63,994 nt of DNA, filler included, from Blastocystis sp. subtype 4 (GCF_000743755.1; 20 parts of 20 records of this genome joined end to end with filler, not necessarily neighbours in it); one strand, 5' to 3'. Shown: positions 25,898 through 39,443, counted from the whole stretch's first letter. Translations and numbers: made by a program. The notes: a model not told the origin generated them from the sequence alone.

Positions 25898-28490
25898 TTT
25901 ATATCCACTCCATCAATCACAATTCGACCTGATTCCAGCTCGATGATTCGCATCAGACACAACACCAGTGAACTCTTGCCTGCACCAGTTCGACCCACAA
26001 CACCTACCTTCTCACCAGGATCAATATGAAGATTGAGATGCTTCAGAACAGGTTCCAATTCAGGTCGATAGCGCATTGTTAGTTCTTCAATTTGAATGAC
26101 TCCATCTGTTGTCCCTGTTTGATCACCAATCATCATAGAAGTGGAAACAGAATCACTTTGCAATTTCTCAACACCTTCACTCTCAATAGGTGACAATGGA
26201 GATAGGGGAGTAATAGGGGATACAGATTGAGCTTTCGCTTCTTTCTGGGCTTTCAACAATCCAGCCAAAACACCATTTTGATTAGCTGACACATGAGTAT
26301 AAGAGCTTTGATCTTGAATCACTCCCTTCTCTATCACCACAATATTGTCACAAGCAGGGAGATACTCCAATGCATGAGTAACCAATAACACACACTTTGA
26401 TCGTAATAATCCTCGAATACAATTTCTAAACAGACTTCAACCCACATGAGCATCAACAGCTGACAATGGATCATCCAACAGATAACTATGTTTCATTCAT
26501 TCTCTCATTTCNTACATATCACTATCCTGATACACAGCTCGAGCTAATGATACTCGTGTCTTCTGACCTCCACTCAGATTTATACCCTTCTCTCCAATCT
26601 CAGTCTGGTCTCCTGCAGGAAGAATCGCAATATCAGGGAGAAGACAACACACTTCAAGCACATGTTCATATCGTTTGGCATCATACTCCTTACCAAACAA
26701 GATATTGTCTCGAAGTGATGCATTCATGATGAAAGGAGTTTGAGGCACATAAGCAATGCTACCTCGTATCTGAATCTCTGAATCCAGACTTCTGGTTGAA
26801 TCCTTTCGAGGCATTTCACCCAGAATCGCTGACAACAGACTCGATTTGCCACATCCAACATGACCCACAATGGCTGTCAGAGATTCGGATTCACATGTCA
26901 GATTCATGTCATGCAACTCAAATGGAACCGCGGGAATCGCTTCAGGTTCTGCTTCCATCACTTTTGAGCGATTTCTCCCACATCTCTTCTTCTGTTCTTG
27001 TTGATGATTCTGTACCTCACTCTACTGTTCAATCCTCCATACAATCCTACTTCATTCCAATAGAAGTCACCATGAGACACAGTCACATCAACTCGCTCTC
27101 GATTGTTACGAGAAGGCTTCTCAATCCCTTCAGCTAGAAGGAAGCTCTGAATTCGCTTCAGAGAAACAGAACACTCAGCCAGACTGTTGATTGTCTATTC
27201 ATTATTCATTGTGTATGCACTCACATCAGGGAACATGACAAGTGGAACCGTAAGATGTTGAAACTAGGAATAAATCGACTCAATTAGAAGAACAGAGTAT
27301 TAGATGTGAATGCAATCGAAGTGGTTAAATGACCACCCATGATGACAAAAAAAGCAAATGAGATAATGGACACCAAATATGGAGTAGCATCCCAAGCAGA
27401 AGAAGAGAGCATTTGCCAATAGACATAGCGACGCAATACACTCACTTCATCACATCGAATTCCTGAAATACGTTGTAAGAATGATCGTTCCCAAGCCTGG
27501 AGTTTGATCAGTTTGATTCCCTCTAATGTCTCAGTTGTCACATTGATTCGCTTGTCCTTCACCTTCATGAGCTCTTGTTGAACAGATTCCAGTTTCTTGG
27601 AGAGAAGTCGTGAAAATGGAATCATCACAAGAATGACTACAACTCCGCCCAATGTGGCCCATCTCAACTACACATCATCCAATACTTCCCATCTCCACCT
27701 GAAACCACAGCATCACAATCGAGACAATGATCTGGAAGGGACCAGACCACAATGTCTGAAGATAGCTAACAATGAGATGAGTGATGAGTTCTCACGAGGT
27801 AATATCCTGGAATCGTTGACTGTCTACTTCCATAAGATTCATGATTTCACCTTGATTGTAACGGGAACGAGAAGCAGCACTCAGTGTCAATGACTTATTG
27901 TAACTACAAGTTTATATCATCGCTCGGCTCTACATCATCGTTACACAAGAACTGCGTAAGCGTAGACCCGTTCGGAAACACAAATAGAAATAGTTTCGAA
28001 GACAAAGACTCTGAAGCAATGCAGCCACAAACATAACGACACCATCAACAACACCATCTTTCTAGAGTTCATTCACAAATCAAAGGAGAACTCTTGGAGC
28101 ATCAGTATCTTCCAAAAAGCTAATGATCCTTGGAAGCATAAATGGTCCCACAAATTGACAAATATCATGAATCAACTTCAAAAATGCAGCCATTACAAAA
28201 GGAATCCCAAAAGACTTGGTCATACTCTTAACTAGACTAGGACTATTCATCAGAACAAAGGGAGAATACAAACGAAGTATCTTTAGATGCCTTCCATTGT
28301 TGGGAAATAGTTGAATAGATGGTGTTAGAACGATCACAAGAACTATTTGTCAAATCTATTAACGATAACTACGAGAGTTGAGGCAAATCCTCAGGATTGA
28401 GAGCACGCTTATTTCCAAGGGATAGCAAAGGATTCAGCCACAGAAAGAGTATTTTGGAGAAGAAATTGGCCTTCTCCTCGTAACTCTCAT
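25898..28490 (-). pseudogene. ABCC/MRP transporter pseudogene
   Basis: TMD1, NBD1 (GHVGCGKSS, LSGGQKTR) and NBD2 start (GRTGAGKSS). In-frame TGA at 26437-26439 in DAHVG*SLF, and no TMD2 between the NBDs. Confidence 0.8.
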
Positions 28491-29019
28491 GTGTTTGTTG
28501 ATGAACTTATTCAGTATCTAATATCTATTATCATGTCACTTTCCTTCAAATGAATGGGCTTGATTACTTAGTGTTCAATGGAAATAATGCTTGCACCGCT
28601 TTCAAAAGAATCATATGTCAATGAGAGGAATTTCATTCGTATGTTAACTGGATATCAAAAACTGGAAATAGTGACTATTAAGCACTTCAATCAGCAAATC
28701 CGTTTTATCACCACCTTCACTCTCTGGAAACTGATAGATCAAGGAACTCTTAAGTGATTTTCTTCCAGTTGCAAGAACAGTCATCTATCACCTAGCAATT
28801 CACTCCATAGAAGAGTGATCATACGAATCAATGATTGAATTCCACCACAATACCATTAATGAATAATCTAATCAACTTCAAATCACTTATTCTTAGATTG
28901 TATCAAGAAGACCGCTACTNNNNNNNNNNNNNNNNNNNNNNNNNNNNNNNNNNNNNNNNNNNNTTAATTAATTAANNNNNNNNNNNNNNNNNNNNNNNNN
29001 NNNNNNNNNNNNNNNNNNN

Positions 29020-29454
29020 TTTACGCATATCAAATCCAGCAAATTCAGATATCAACTTTTGTAACTCTTGAAGAATTGAAGCACCAATTTCTTCAGGATA
29101 CTTTCGGATCTCCTTATCCTGTTGTCTCACACACACTTGAGGTTTGTTGTTACCATCGTCAAGGATTTGAAATGGAACATACTTCTTCATTTTCTCAACA
29201 ATGGGATCATTGTAATTCATTCCAATCAATCGTTTGCAATCATATATCACGCCTACTGGATTACTCTTCATTCTCTGTCTGGCGAGATTACCAACAGCAA
29301 AAACAGGTCTTCCATTTGGAGGATACGCAACATACGATGCAATTGTATGCTTTCCAAGTCCATCCGCTACCAGTTCTACTCTCCCATTTCTAACTATCCC
29401 AGCAGCTGAGTTTGTTGTTCCTAAATCCACACCAAAGATATCAGCAACACTCAT
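29020..29454 (-). CDS. Hsp70-family protein, N-terminal fragment
   Basis: GVDLGTTNS, TIASYVAY, YDCKRLIG and PEEIGASIL. Confidence 0.92.
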
Positions 29455-29747
29455 GAATACAAACTGAGATCATGAACAGTGTTACAAATCAAAGAATGTG
29501 GATATTTAGTCTCATGTACGCATTATTAGCATCATTATTTGAGTGTTAGCGTCGTCTTCAAAGGGGGTCCATAACGAATCTATTGTTTTCTATTCATTCC
29601 AATTAACTCGTCGATATACAAATTCATCTTCCCAAAAACAGCTTCTATCTTGAGTTTCATCCTATCCATGTTCATGCATATTCCCGCGGGAATCGTTTCT
29701 CCATTTCTCTGAATGAATGAGACAGAATCCAGTAATTGCCTTGTAGA

Positions 29748-30893
29748 ATGAAGGAATATCCCGCTTTCTCTTTGGGTATGGTATTCTGGGAGATGATGAG
29801 AGTAGATAAGGGTTTGTATGACGAGTCAACCTATTGGGGTCGTGTGAAGTATAATATGATTCGTTGTGACTTCAGGTAGTTTGTGTTTGAGCAGGTAATT
29901 ATGATTTAGAAAGGTCATTCTTGGTAAGAAAGCCCATGACGAGGCTATGGCCAAGATTGAATCATGGAAGAACGGAGAGAATAAGTATTCGGATAAGGAG
30001 CTTTGGAACGCTCGTAATGTGATTGAGTCGATGGAGCATCCTCAGACACACCAGATCATCAATCCTATTGGTAGAATGTCTTGTTTCGTTCCTGCTAACA
30101 TTCCTATTCAAATTGGAATGCTTTTGGCTCCTCCTACGGTTGGTTCTAATGGTTTTTCTGATAAGTAGACGTTCAATATCATTCTGTGGCAGTGGTTCAA
30201 CCAGACATATAATGCCATTTTCAACTACTGCAACCGTAATACGTCTACAGAGTCCAATAGCACGGATATCTTGAAGGCTTACTGTTCGGCTACGATTGTT
30301 TCTGTGGGTGTTGCTCTTGCTGGTAACAAGCTTGTTCAGAAGTGTGGAGGAGGTGGTCTTCTTGGCAAGGTAAGAATGAAGGAGTGAATTGATTGTAGTG
30401 TATTCCTTGGTTTGCTGTGGCTTGTGCTGGAGCTGCTAATGTGTATTTGATGCGTTTCAAGGAGACACGTGCTGGAATCACCGTTACAGATAAGGATGGA
30501 AATGCTCTGGGTGTAAGTAAGAAGGCAGGATCAAAGGCTGTGAATCTGACTGCTCTGACTCGTATTATTCTTCCTACTCCTGGTAATAATGAATTCAGAG
30601 ATTGAATGATAGTATTGTTGCTTCCTCCCTTCATCATTGATGGTTTGAAGGCGATTCATTGTGTTCCTGCTGGAAAGTGGGGTAATATCATCACTCAACT
30701 GGGTAAGGATTACAGAACCTGTTGAAGGGTAGTTGTGTGTACTGCTTGCTTGTGGGGAGCTCTGCCTCTGGCTATTGCTGCATTTACTGCTACACAGCCT
30801 CTTGCTGTTGATAAGTTGGAACCTGAGCTTCAGGAACAGCTCAAGGCTCAGAACTACTCTGATGCTAATGTCTACTTCGATAGAGGTGTCTAA
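29748..30893 (+). CDS. Sideroflexin (mitochondrial tricarboxylate/iron carrier family)
   Basis: YDESTYWGR, HPQTHQII..GRMSCFVPAN, WQWFNQTYNAIFNYCNRN and C-terminal YFDRGV. Start approximate. TGTTTGTT at 30915-30922. Confidence 0.92.
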
Positions 30894-31028
30894 GTTTAAT
30901 GTAATTGCATAATGTGTTTGTTAGATTGATTTCTTTCATCTTTTTGTTTTCTTGGATTGGTAAGAATAGTCCCTATTTTTGCCATCGATTAGGTGACTTT
31001 GGATTTCTCAGAATACAGACTTTCATCC

Positions 31029-31991
31029 ATGGGTCGTGTTATTAGAGGTTCGTATTGGTGATATTAAAATGGATTTTATGGTTACAAATTGATTGGAGTT
31101 GTTCTTGATGGAGGTGTTGGAAGAGTGTCTTGTTGGATACCGAAACATATCAATTTCTTTACAAATTCTCATCTCCTATTCTAGGTCAGCGTAAAGGAGC
31201 AAAGGGAGCAGTGTTCCAAGCTCATACTCATCTTCGTAAGGGAGTTCCTCAATTCCGTGCTCTTGACTATTCGGAGCGTGAGGGTTACATCAAGGGAGTG
31301 GTTCGTGAGATTATTCACGATTCGGGTCGTGGTGCTCCTTTGGCTCGTGTGACGTTCCGCAATCCGTAGGTGTTGTGTTGTATTGGTTTGATGGTGTAGT
31401 TATCACTACCAGATTGATAAGGAGCTGTTCTTGGCTGCTGAGGGTATGTATACAGGTCAGTCGGTGTATTGTGGTAAGAAGGCTGAAGTGGGTATTGGTA
31501 ATGTGCTTCCTCTGCGTGAGTTGCCTGAAGGAACGGTGGTGTGCAATGTTGAGTTCAAGACTGGTGATCGTGGTTGTCTGGCTCGTTGCAGTGGTGATTA
31601 TGCAACAGTGATTGGTCACTCGGATGACAAGACAAGCACGTTCCTTCGTCTTCCTTCTGGAATCAAGAAGACAGTTCCTTCGAGGTGAGTGTTTGAAGTG
31701 TGTGTGATGGTTAGCTGTCGTGGTATGGTGGGTATTGTGGCTGGAGGAGGTCGTATGGATAAGCCAATGTTGAAGGCTGGTCGTAGCTATCACAAGTACA
31801 GAGTGAAGAGAAACGAGTGGCCGAAGGTGAGAGGTGTCTGTATGAACCCTGTGGATCATCCTCATGGAGGAGGTAACCACCAACACATTGGTAAGCCTTC
31901 TACTCGTGGCAGAGGCACTTCACCTGGTCAGAAGGTTGGTCTCATTGCTGCTCGTCGTACTGGACGTGTGCGTGGACGTATTGAACCTTAA
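31029..31991 (+). CDS. RPL8: 60S ribosomal protein L8 (uL2)
   Basis: [46 protein letters not shown] and [11 protein letters not shown]. Three introns. Confidence 0.97.
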
Positions 31992-32092
31992 GNNNNNNNN
32001 NNNNNNNNNNNNNNNNNNNNNNNNNNNNNNNNNNNNTTAATTAATTAANNNNNNNNNNNNNNNNNNNNNNNNNNNNNNNNNNNNNNNNNNNN

Positions 32093-35027
32093 TCATAATC
32101 TTATATCCTTCCTCACCCTCATCACAGCTGGTAGCAACAGTTGCACCATCAGCTGTCTCAGGCAGACTATCAGTAGCATCACAATCACGAGGAGCACGAA
32201 CAATAGCAATCATGATCATAACTGAATCAGAACCAGCAGCATTAGTCACGGTAACACTGTAAGCAATCTGCTCAGTGATAACAGTAGGAATACCAGAGAT
32301 CACTCCAGTAGTCTCAGAGATCATTAGACCCATTGGCAGATAAGGGCTCACAGATACAGTGTATTCCAGACCCACAATATCAAATGTCACAGGTTCAATC
32401 ATCTCATCGACCACAAACGCATAAACTGTCTGATTCACTGAGATGTGAGGGGCCATAACAACACAGTTGGAAATAATTTCTCCCCATACTCCATTCGTAC
32501 ACAGACGACTGACTGATCCTTCATACAAAGGATCACAAGGAATCACAGCAGTTTCACCATCAAGTGTATTAGGGAAAGCACCTTCAGCCAGACAAGTACC
32601 AGGAGCCAATTCAATCATAAGAGTAAATGTCACAGAATCAGAACCACCTTCATTTGTTACAAGCAGAGTGTAATTAGTCATAGGAGTCACAACAGAAGGA
32701 ATACCTGAAATCACACCTGAAGCAACATCCAAGCTCAATCCCATAGGAAGCTCTGGTTCAATTGCAACAGTATACTCAACTCCAGCAATCACAGGCTCAA
32801 TAGGTTCAATCTCTTCATTCAAGGTGAAAATGAATTCAGTCTCATTCAAGAAGATCATAGGAGCAATCACTGAACAATGATTCACAGGCTCACCCAATAC
32901 ACCATTGAAACAAACTCGATCAATCGATCCTTCGTAGTATTCAGGACAAGCAATCGAAGATATCTGTCCATGAGCAACGGCAGGATAATCACCATCAGCT
33001 TCACAATCCAATGGAATAAAGGTGACAGTAATTAGGAAGATAACATGATCAGAACCAGCAGCATTAGTCACAGTCAGAGTATAAGGGGTATCTTCGGTTA
33101 CAGCAGAAGGAGTACCTGAAATCACTCCAGTCTCAGAATCAAGATTCAATCCAGCAGGAAGAGAAGGAGACACACTTACAATATACTCAGCAGCTTCAAT
33201 CATAGGCACAATAGGAGTAATCGCCTCATTGATAAGGAAGAGATACTCAGTCTGATTCAGGAAGATCATAGGCTCCAAAAGAGTACAGTTGTTCACAGGC
33301 TCACCAAAGACTCCATCAGTACACAAACGATCAATCGAGCCCTCATAATATGAAGGGCAAGCAATCGATGCAACTTCACCATTTCCAGTCTGAGGATACT
33401 CACCTTCAGCCAGACAAGTACCAGGAGCCAATTCAATCATAAGAGTGAATGTCACAGAATCAGAACCACCTTCATTTGTTACAAGCAGAGTGTAATTAGT
33501 AAGAGAAGTTACAACAGAAGGAATACCTGAAATCACACCAGTCTCAGAATCAAGATTCAATCCAGTAGGAAGAGAAGGAGTGATGGATACACCGTATTCA
33601 GCTCCAGCTATCACAGGCTCAATAGGTTCAATCTCTTCATTAACGACAAAGATATAATCAGTCTCATTCAAGAAGATCATAGGAGAAAGCACCGAGCAGT
33701 GGTTTACAGGCTCACCCAATACACCATTCGTACACAAACGATCAATCGATCCTTCATAATATTCAGGACAAGCAATCGAAGATGTCTGTCCATGAGCAAC
33801 GGCAGGATAATCACCATCAGCCTCACAGCCCACAACCACCATAACAACTTCCAGAGTAAATGTGACTTCAGTAGAACCGGCAACATTAGTCACAGTCAGA
33901 GTGTAAGTAGTCATAAGAGATACAGCAGAAGGAGTACCAGAAATCACACCAGTCTCAGAATCAAGATTCAATCCAGTAGGAAGAGAAGGAGTGATGGATA
34001 CAGTGTAAGGTAATGATTGAATAGAAGGAGTAATAGGACTAATCATCTCATTTAAAATCACAGCATAACTTGTGGGCTCCAACACCACAACTGGAAGAGA
34101 GGCCATACAGTGATTCACAGGCTCACCCAATACACCATTGAAACAAACTCGATCAATCGATCCTTCGTAGTATTCAGGACAAGCAATCGAAGATATCTGT
34201 CCATGAGTAACGGCAGGATAATCACCATCAGCTTCACAATCCAATGCAATCACAGTAATAGTCAACACAGTAGAATCAAAACCAGCAGAGTTCGATACAG
34301 TCAGAGTGTAAGTAGTCATAGGAGATACAGCAGAAGGAATACCTGAAATCACACCAGTCTCAGAATCAACACTCAATCCAGTAGGAAGAGAAGGAGTGAT
34401 GGATACAGTGTATTCAGCTCCAGCTATCACAGGCTCAATAGGTTCAATCTCTTCATTCAATGTGAAAATGAATTCAGTTCCATTCAAGAAGATCATAGGA
34501 GAAAACACCGAACAACGATTCACAGGCTCACCCAATACACCATTCGTACACAAACGATCAATCGATCCTTCGTAGTATTCAGGACAAGCAATCGAAGATA
34601 TCTGTCCATGAGCAACGGCAGGATAATCACCATCAGCCTCACAATTCAGCGCAATCACAGTAATATGCAGAGAAATATGATCAGAGCCAGCAGCATTAGT
34701 CACAGTCAGAGTGTAAGTGGTAGCTTCAGTTACAACAGAAGGAGTACCAGAAATCACACCAGTCTCAGAATCAACACTCAATCCAGTAGGAAGAGAAGGA
34801 GTGATGGATACACTGTATTCAGCTCCAGCTATCACAGGCTCAATAGGAGTAATCGCTTGGTCCATAATAAAGGAGAACTGAGTCTCTTGCAACATAATGA
34901 TAGGTTCTAAGAGCGTACAGTTGTTCATAGGCTCACCCAACACTCCATTTGTACAAAGTCTCTCAATCGTTCCTTCATAGTATTCAGGACAACCAATCGA
35001 AGAGATTTCACCATTATCAACGGCAGG
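32093..35027 (-). CDS. Surface protein fragment of alternating putative-Ig (He_PIG) and 4-Cys HormR-like modules
   Basis: Open across the whole contig. About 7 units of ~138 aa: ITPSLPTGLxxDSETGVISGxP followed by CEADGDYP..ACPEYYEGSIDRLCTNGVLGEPVNHC. Confidence 0.85.
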
Positions 35028-35127
35028 NNNNNNNNNNNNNNNNNNNNNNNNNNNNNNNNNNNNNNNNNNNNTTAATTAATTAANNNNNNNNNNNNNNNNN
35101 NNNNNNNNNNNNNNNNNNNNNNNNNNN

Positions 35128-36330
35128 TCTCGATTCATTGGAAATCGTTTCCATCTACACTCATGATACAAACCAATAGATACTCATCAATACAATCTTC
35201 ATTTAAGCATAGCTTCTGAATCGATTTGGAAGGTCCAAACAGATGAATACAAAGAAATGTATCAAATCGATTCAATAATGATTGTTGATTCTCAATATCT
35301 TGTCTTGTTTGATCTATTCTAATAGATGAACAAGAACAATACTTGATAAGAAGAGATCTCCATCAACAACCATGAAATGTGTGGTAGTAATAGACTCAAT
35401 TCCAATATCACGTAACAGATTCAAAGGATAGAAGGTTTCATTTGTGTATTGAACTTCAAATGGATCTGAAGATTCAATGAAATATGGAGTCACTTCTGTT
35501 GTATCGACTACATACAGAATGAACTCCAGATTATGATTCTCATATTGTGATAACAATGTCCATGCTGTATCAATCTCCTTCATACTCATAAACACCACAA
35601 TGATAATAGGACCATTCCAACGTTGTAAATGGAAGGGAATACGATTCACTCGATCCAATGAAATCTGTATTACTACAGTCACTCCAGTATACTCTCTATG
35701 AACATCTACTATTCAATTCCTATCTTCAAAACAACAAGGCATTCGTCTCCATGAAGAACAAGTCTTTGATGATGGACTGTATCGAAAGAGAGAATACTTC
35801 TGACAATGTGAATACTTATTCCTATCTGAGCAATTCTTTGTTAGAACTGTCTGATAATGGTTGAGAAACTGTTGAAAACCTAGATATAAGGGAATGAAAT
35901 CCAATACTCTCGCAATGCTCTGAAACAACAATTGGATCATTGTTGATAAGATTCCTAAAGAGACTTTTATCATTTCGATAAGATTCCTTTCCATAGTTGT
36001 AGAAATGACTATAGTACGAATCATAACAAGAAAAGGAGTCAAAGTATGACTTATTGAGACAAATACTATCAATCTGATGAACTAGTTTCCATAGATCCTC
36101 TTGATTGTTAAGTGGTTTTGGTGCTTCCACCTTTTTAAGAGGAACTGTAGTTAATGGATTACCATTCACCTTATAAGGAGACAATCGAAAAGGATAAGAA
36201 ACAGGATTATGTCTCAAACAACAATAATGAACAATTGGAAACAAGAGAATCAGTTCCATACCCACACTGTATATCGAAGTGATAACATAAGTCAAGAGAA
36301 GTCCAAAGAAAGAAAGAACAAATAGCATTG
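35128..36330 (-). CDS. GT49/LARGE-like glycosyltransferase, 3'-truncated
   Basis: N-terminal anchor, then QISLDRV..RWNGPI and YPLNLLRDIGIESITTTHFMVVDGDLF, matching the GT49 YPxNxLRN..DxD pattern. Confidence 0.75.
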
Positions 36331-36457
36331 AAACACAATTTGATAATTGTATTCACTATTATTGAAACAAACATGATATCAGTATTCAATCTAGTGTATC
36401 TTCTAATAGATCAAACCAATTCATATCAATTACATCTGTTTTCGAAGAATGCATTTG

Positions 36458-37500
36458 TTACAGAATAGATACAACAACAATAAGACAAAGAATCAATAGT
36501 TCAGTGACAAAGGGATGAACTCTTCTCCATATTGTCATTGTTATTGTTTCATCCAAACCAGTCAAACACTCTCGATGGATTGAATACTCTCTTCCATCCA
36601 TATCAATATGACAAGTCACTTGACATCCATCTTCTCCTAATCTACTCACATATCTACTACTTCAATCTGATGATTCTTGATGATTGAACAGATACTAGGT
36701 CTGTGAAGATTGGTATTGAGTGTGAAATGAACCTTTGAATCTTCCTTCCAAGAATCAAATGTGAGAATAGCATCTCTGGTTACAGCTACTTGTTTCACAT
36801 CATTCAAAGATTCTCTCATTGTCACATGTGCTACACTCTCACCATAACAATACACTGTGTATTCAGTTGATGGAATGAGATTCTCTAAACGAATCGATTG
36901 ACTCTTTGATACGAAGAACCGTTTGGATTCCATCACTTCACTCACCATTGGTGTTTGAAGTGGATTCAAGAATGTTCGACACCAAACATAACTAGGAATA
37001 GTCACATTTGTGAGAATCACTAGTTGATCAGATTCAATCTCTCCCAGTTGAGTCTGAAGAGATGTTGTTTCTCCAATCATAGTGAATATCACAGGTATCT
37101 CTGGAATGAAATGATAATGGAGAGTTTGATTCACTATCAGACATGTGAGAGATGTCACAAGAGTCATTTCATTTGGAATCAATGTGAATGTTGACTTTGT
37201 TATTGAAACCTCATGACTCTTTCCATCCATCATCTCATGAAGCAATAACAGAATAGGAGGGATAGGATCGTGTTGATAGTTGATATGACAAGTGATTTGA
37301 TACTCTCTCCTATCAGAAACAGTTGCCAATACTTGAATTGTCTGTGACTCGGTTACAACATTGATATTGACAGGAGAATCACTTTTGTCATTTGTGTAGT
37401 TTTCAAAGGAGTGTGGCAAATCTGATTATCAGTTCAATTCAAATCAATTACTAAAGGAGAAAACAAAGAAAAGGAGAAGGAGAAAGAGGATCAACTTCAT
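36458..37500 (-). CDS. Hypothetical signal-peptide protein with C-terminal TM helix
   Basis: MKLILFSFSFSLFSPL start, 257-aa exon with an FN3-like LENLIPSTEYTVYC segment, hydrophobic C-terminus. Confidence 0.55.
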
Positions 37501-37506
37501 CAGAAA

Positions 37507-38956
37507 ATGATTCTGTTATTGGTCATTCTATTCTCTTTATCTCATTCTGTTGTGATTTGTTTGATTTGTCTTTCTGAATGATGAATAGCTCATGATTGTT
37601 TGTTAAGTGTTGCAGTGAATGCATATGGAGAGGATTATGACAATGAGTTTGTTGAAACGATCCATTCTGAGATTTGTTGGATTGAGAACATATACTGGAT
37701 CACAGATATGACCTATGAGTCATCAATCCTGAATAGAGATCTGGATCATAAGAATGTGAAGATAACTCGATCCAATGTTGAGAAGGAAGGATACTTATCA
37801 TTTCTATTACCACTATTGGAGAATAACACCTATTCATTGATTATTGATATGAATGATATGAAACGACCTGTGAATGATGGATGGGTGGATTTAGGATTGA
37901 GAACTATGATGAGTGAGACCAATTCAATCTATTCTTGTGGTACATATTCTAATGCTGAAGTAGCTCTTGGTTGTCTCTTTGTTCCTTCTCTCCAACTTCG
38001 AACACTATGGACCAAAACTGAATTGAGAGTGAATGATGAGAGAGCAATGAATCGATTATGTCAATCATTTCAATGCAAGTATCATTCGAAACTCCTTACA
38101 CACAATATCAATACTTCACAGAAATCCTTCACTGGAAAAGTGTATTCAAGATCCACTTGTATACAAGAATTGGATATTGATGATATGATGTGTAATAGTA
38201 AGCATCAAAATGATGGAAGTGTGAGTCTCTATTTCTCTCTTTACAAACGAAATCTTCTGATGAAACAAATGGAACAAATAACCAATTCAACGATTTCAAT
38301 CAATGAGTTCATTATCTATCAAGGAGAGATGCATCAGAACTACAAGGAAGTGAAAGAAAGATATCCTTTCTTGAAACACTTATGGACTACCAATTGGAAC
38401 AATCCTTTCTTTCTTCGTTTCATGGTTCCTCTTCTTCTCCGATCTTATATCATTTACAACATTGATGATGATGTGTATGTTGGGAAGAATACTTTGAAAT
38501 CTATGATGAATGTGGTTGTAGAAGATGATGCTGTGACTGCCTTCTTTGGAAGAAAGATCACAAAGCTTGTTTACAATCCATCTCTTTCACCAGTTAGGAA
38601 TTAGTCAAAACAATAAGAAGACTGTTGTTGATTTCCTTGTAGTTTCATATTGTTTGAAATTGGAGTATGCCAAAGTGTTTTGGCGATATCGAGGGAAGAC
38701 ATTCACTTATCCATGACCAATCATTTGGAATGTAATCGAAACTCAATCATTCCTCAAATCATTCCTGAATCCAAACCAATAGCTCTTCTAGATGATCTAG
38801 GAACCAGTTTGCTGAAAGATCATTATATCAATCGAGGTGCTCTGTTACGAACATGGATATTACTTGGTTATCAACCAATCAATCGAACATCTCTTGTTCA
38901 TTATCCCAAGTTTAGTAACCAAATGAAATCCTATTATGAAGCTAGACTTAGATACT
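37507..38956 (+). CDS. Putative glycosyltransferase-like secreted protein
   Basis: Signal-like MILLLVILFSLS, 334-aa exon with SLYKR and YNIDDD (DxD-like), and REDIHLS. The end is inferred from a poly(A)-created stop. Confidence 0.5.
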
Positions 38957-39175
38957 CTCTTGTTTCTTTCAATCACATGCATTCCATTACAACCATCATC
39001 ATCGATAGGAGCACATTCCTTAATGAAATCGAAAGAGAAGTGAACAGTTTGATTGTGACGAAGCATTGCTGCCTCNNNNNNNNNNNNNNNNNNNNNNNNN
39101 NNNNNNNNNNNNNNNNNNNTTAATTAATTAANNNNNNNNNNNNNNNNNNNNNNNNNNNNNNNNNNNNNNNNNNNN

Positions 39176-39443
39176 AAAGAAAGTGATTAATCCATTAACA
39201 AATCGTGAGATTAATGTTGGTGATAATCCATTTATGATGGCTATACGTACAGGATATATTCTATATGATGAAGACAATAACAAACTTGTATTAATACCAA
39301 CATTGAAAGAACTCATTGAGAAAGAAGAAAGACATTATGTAGACCCATTCTGTTGTGAAGATTCAGATGATTCTGATTTTGAGTATGATTGTGATGAATT
39401 TGATTATGATGAAGATGGATATGGACTAAGATGTTGTCCATAG
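39176..39443 (+). CDS. Intronless orphan ORF fragment with NPxTxRxI motif and acidic tail (virus-like)
   Basis: KKVINPLTNREINVG resembles the NPxTgRxI core of the 2-cysteine adaptor domain of large DNA viruses. 5'-truncated. Confidence 0.35.

Noticed and set aside
31311..31886. 191-aa antisense ORF over RPL8, and similar shadow ORFs over xylA and the Ig-repeat genes
   Set aside because: Reverse-strand shadows of codon-biased genes with no independent coding features.
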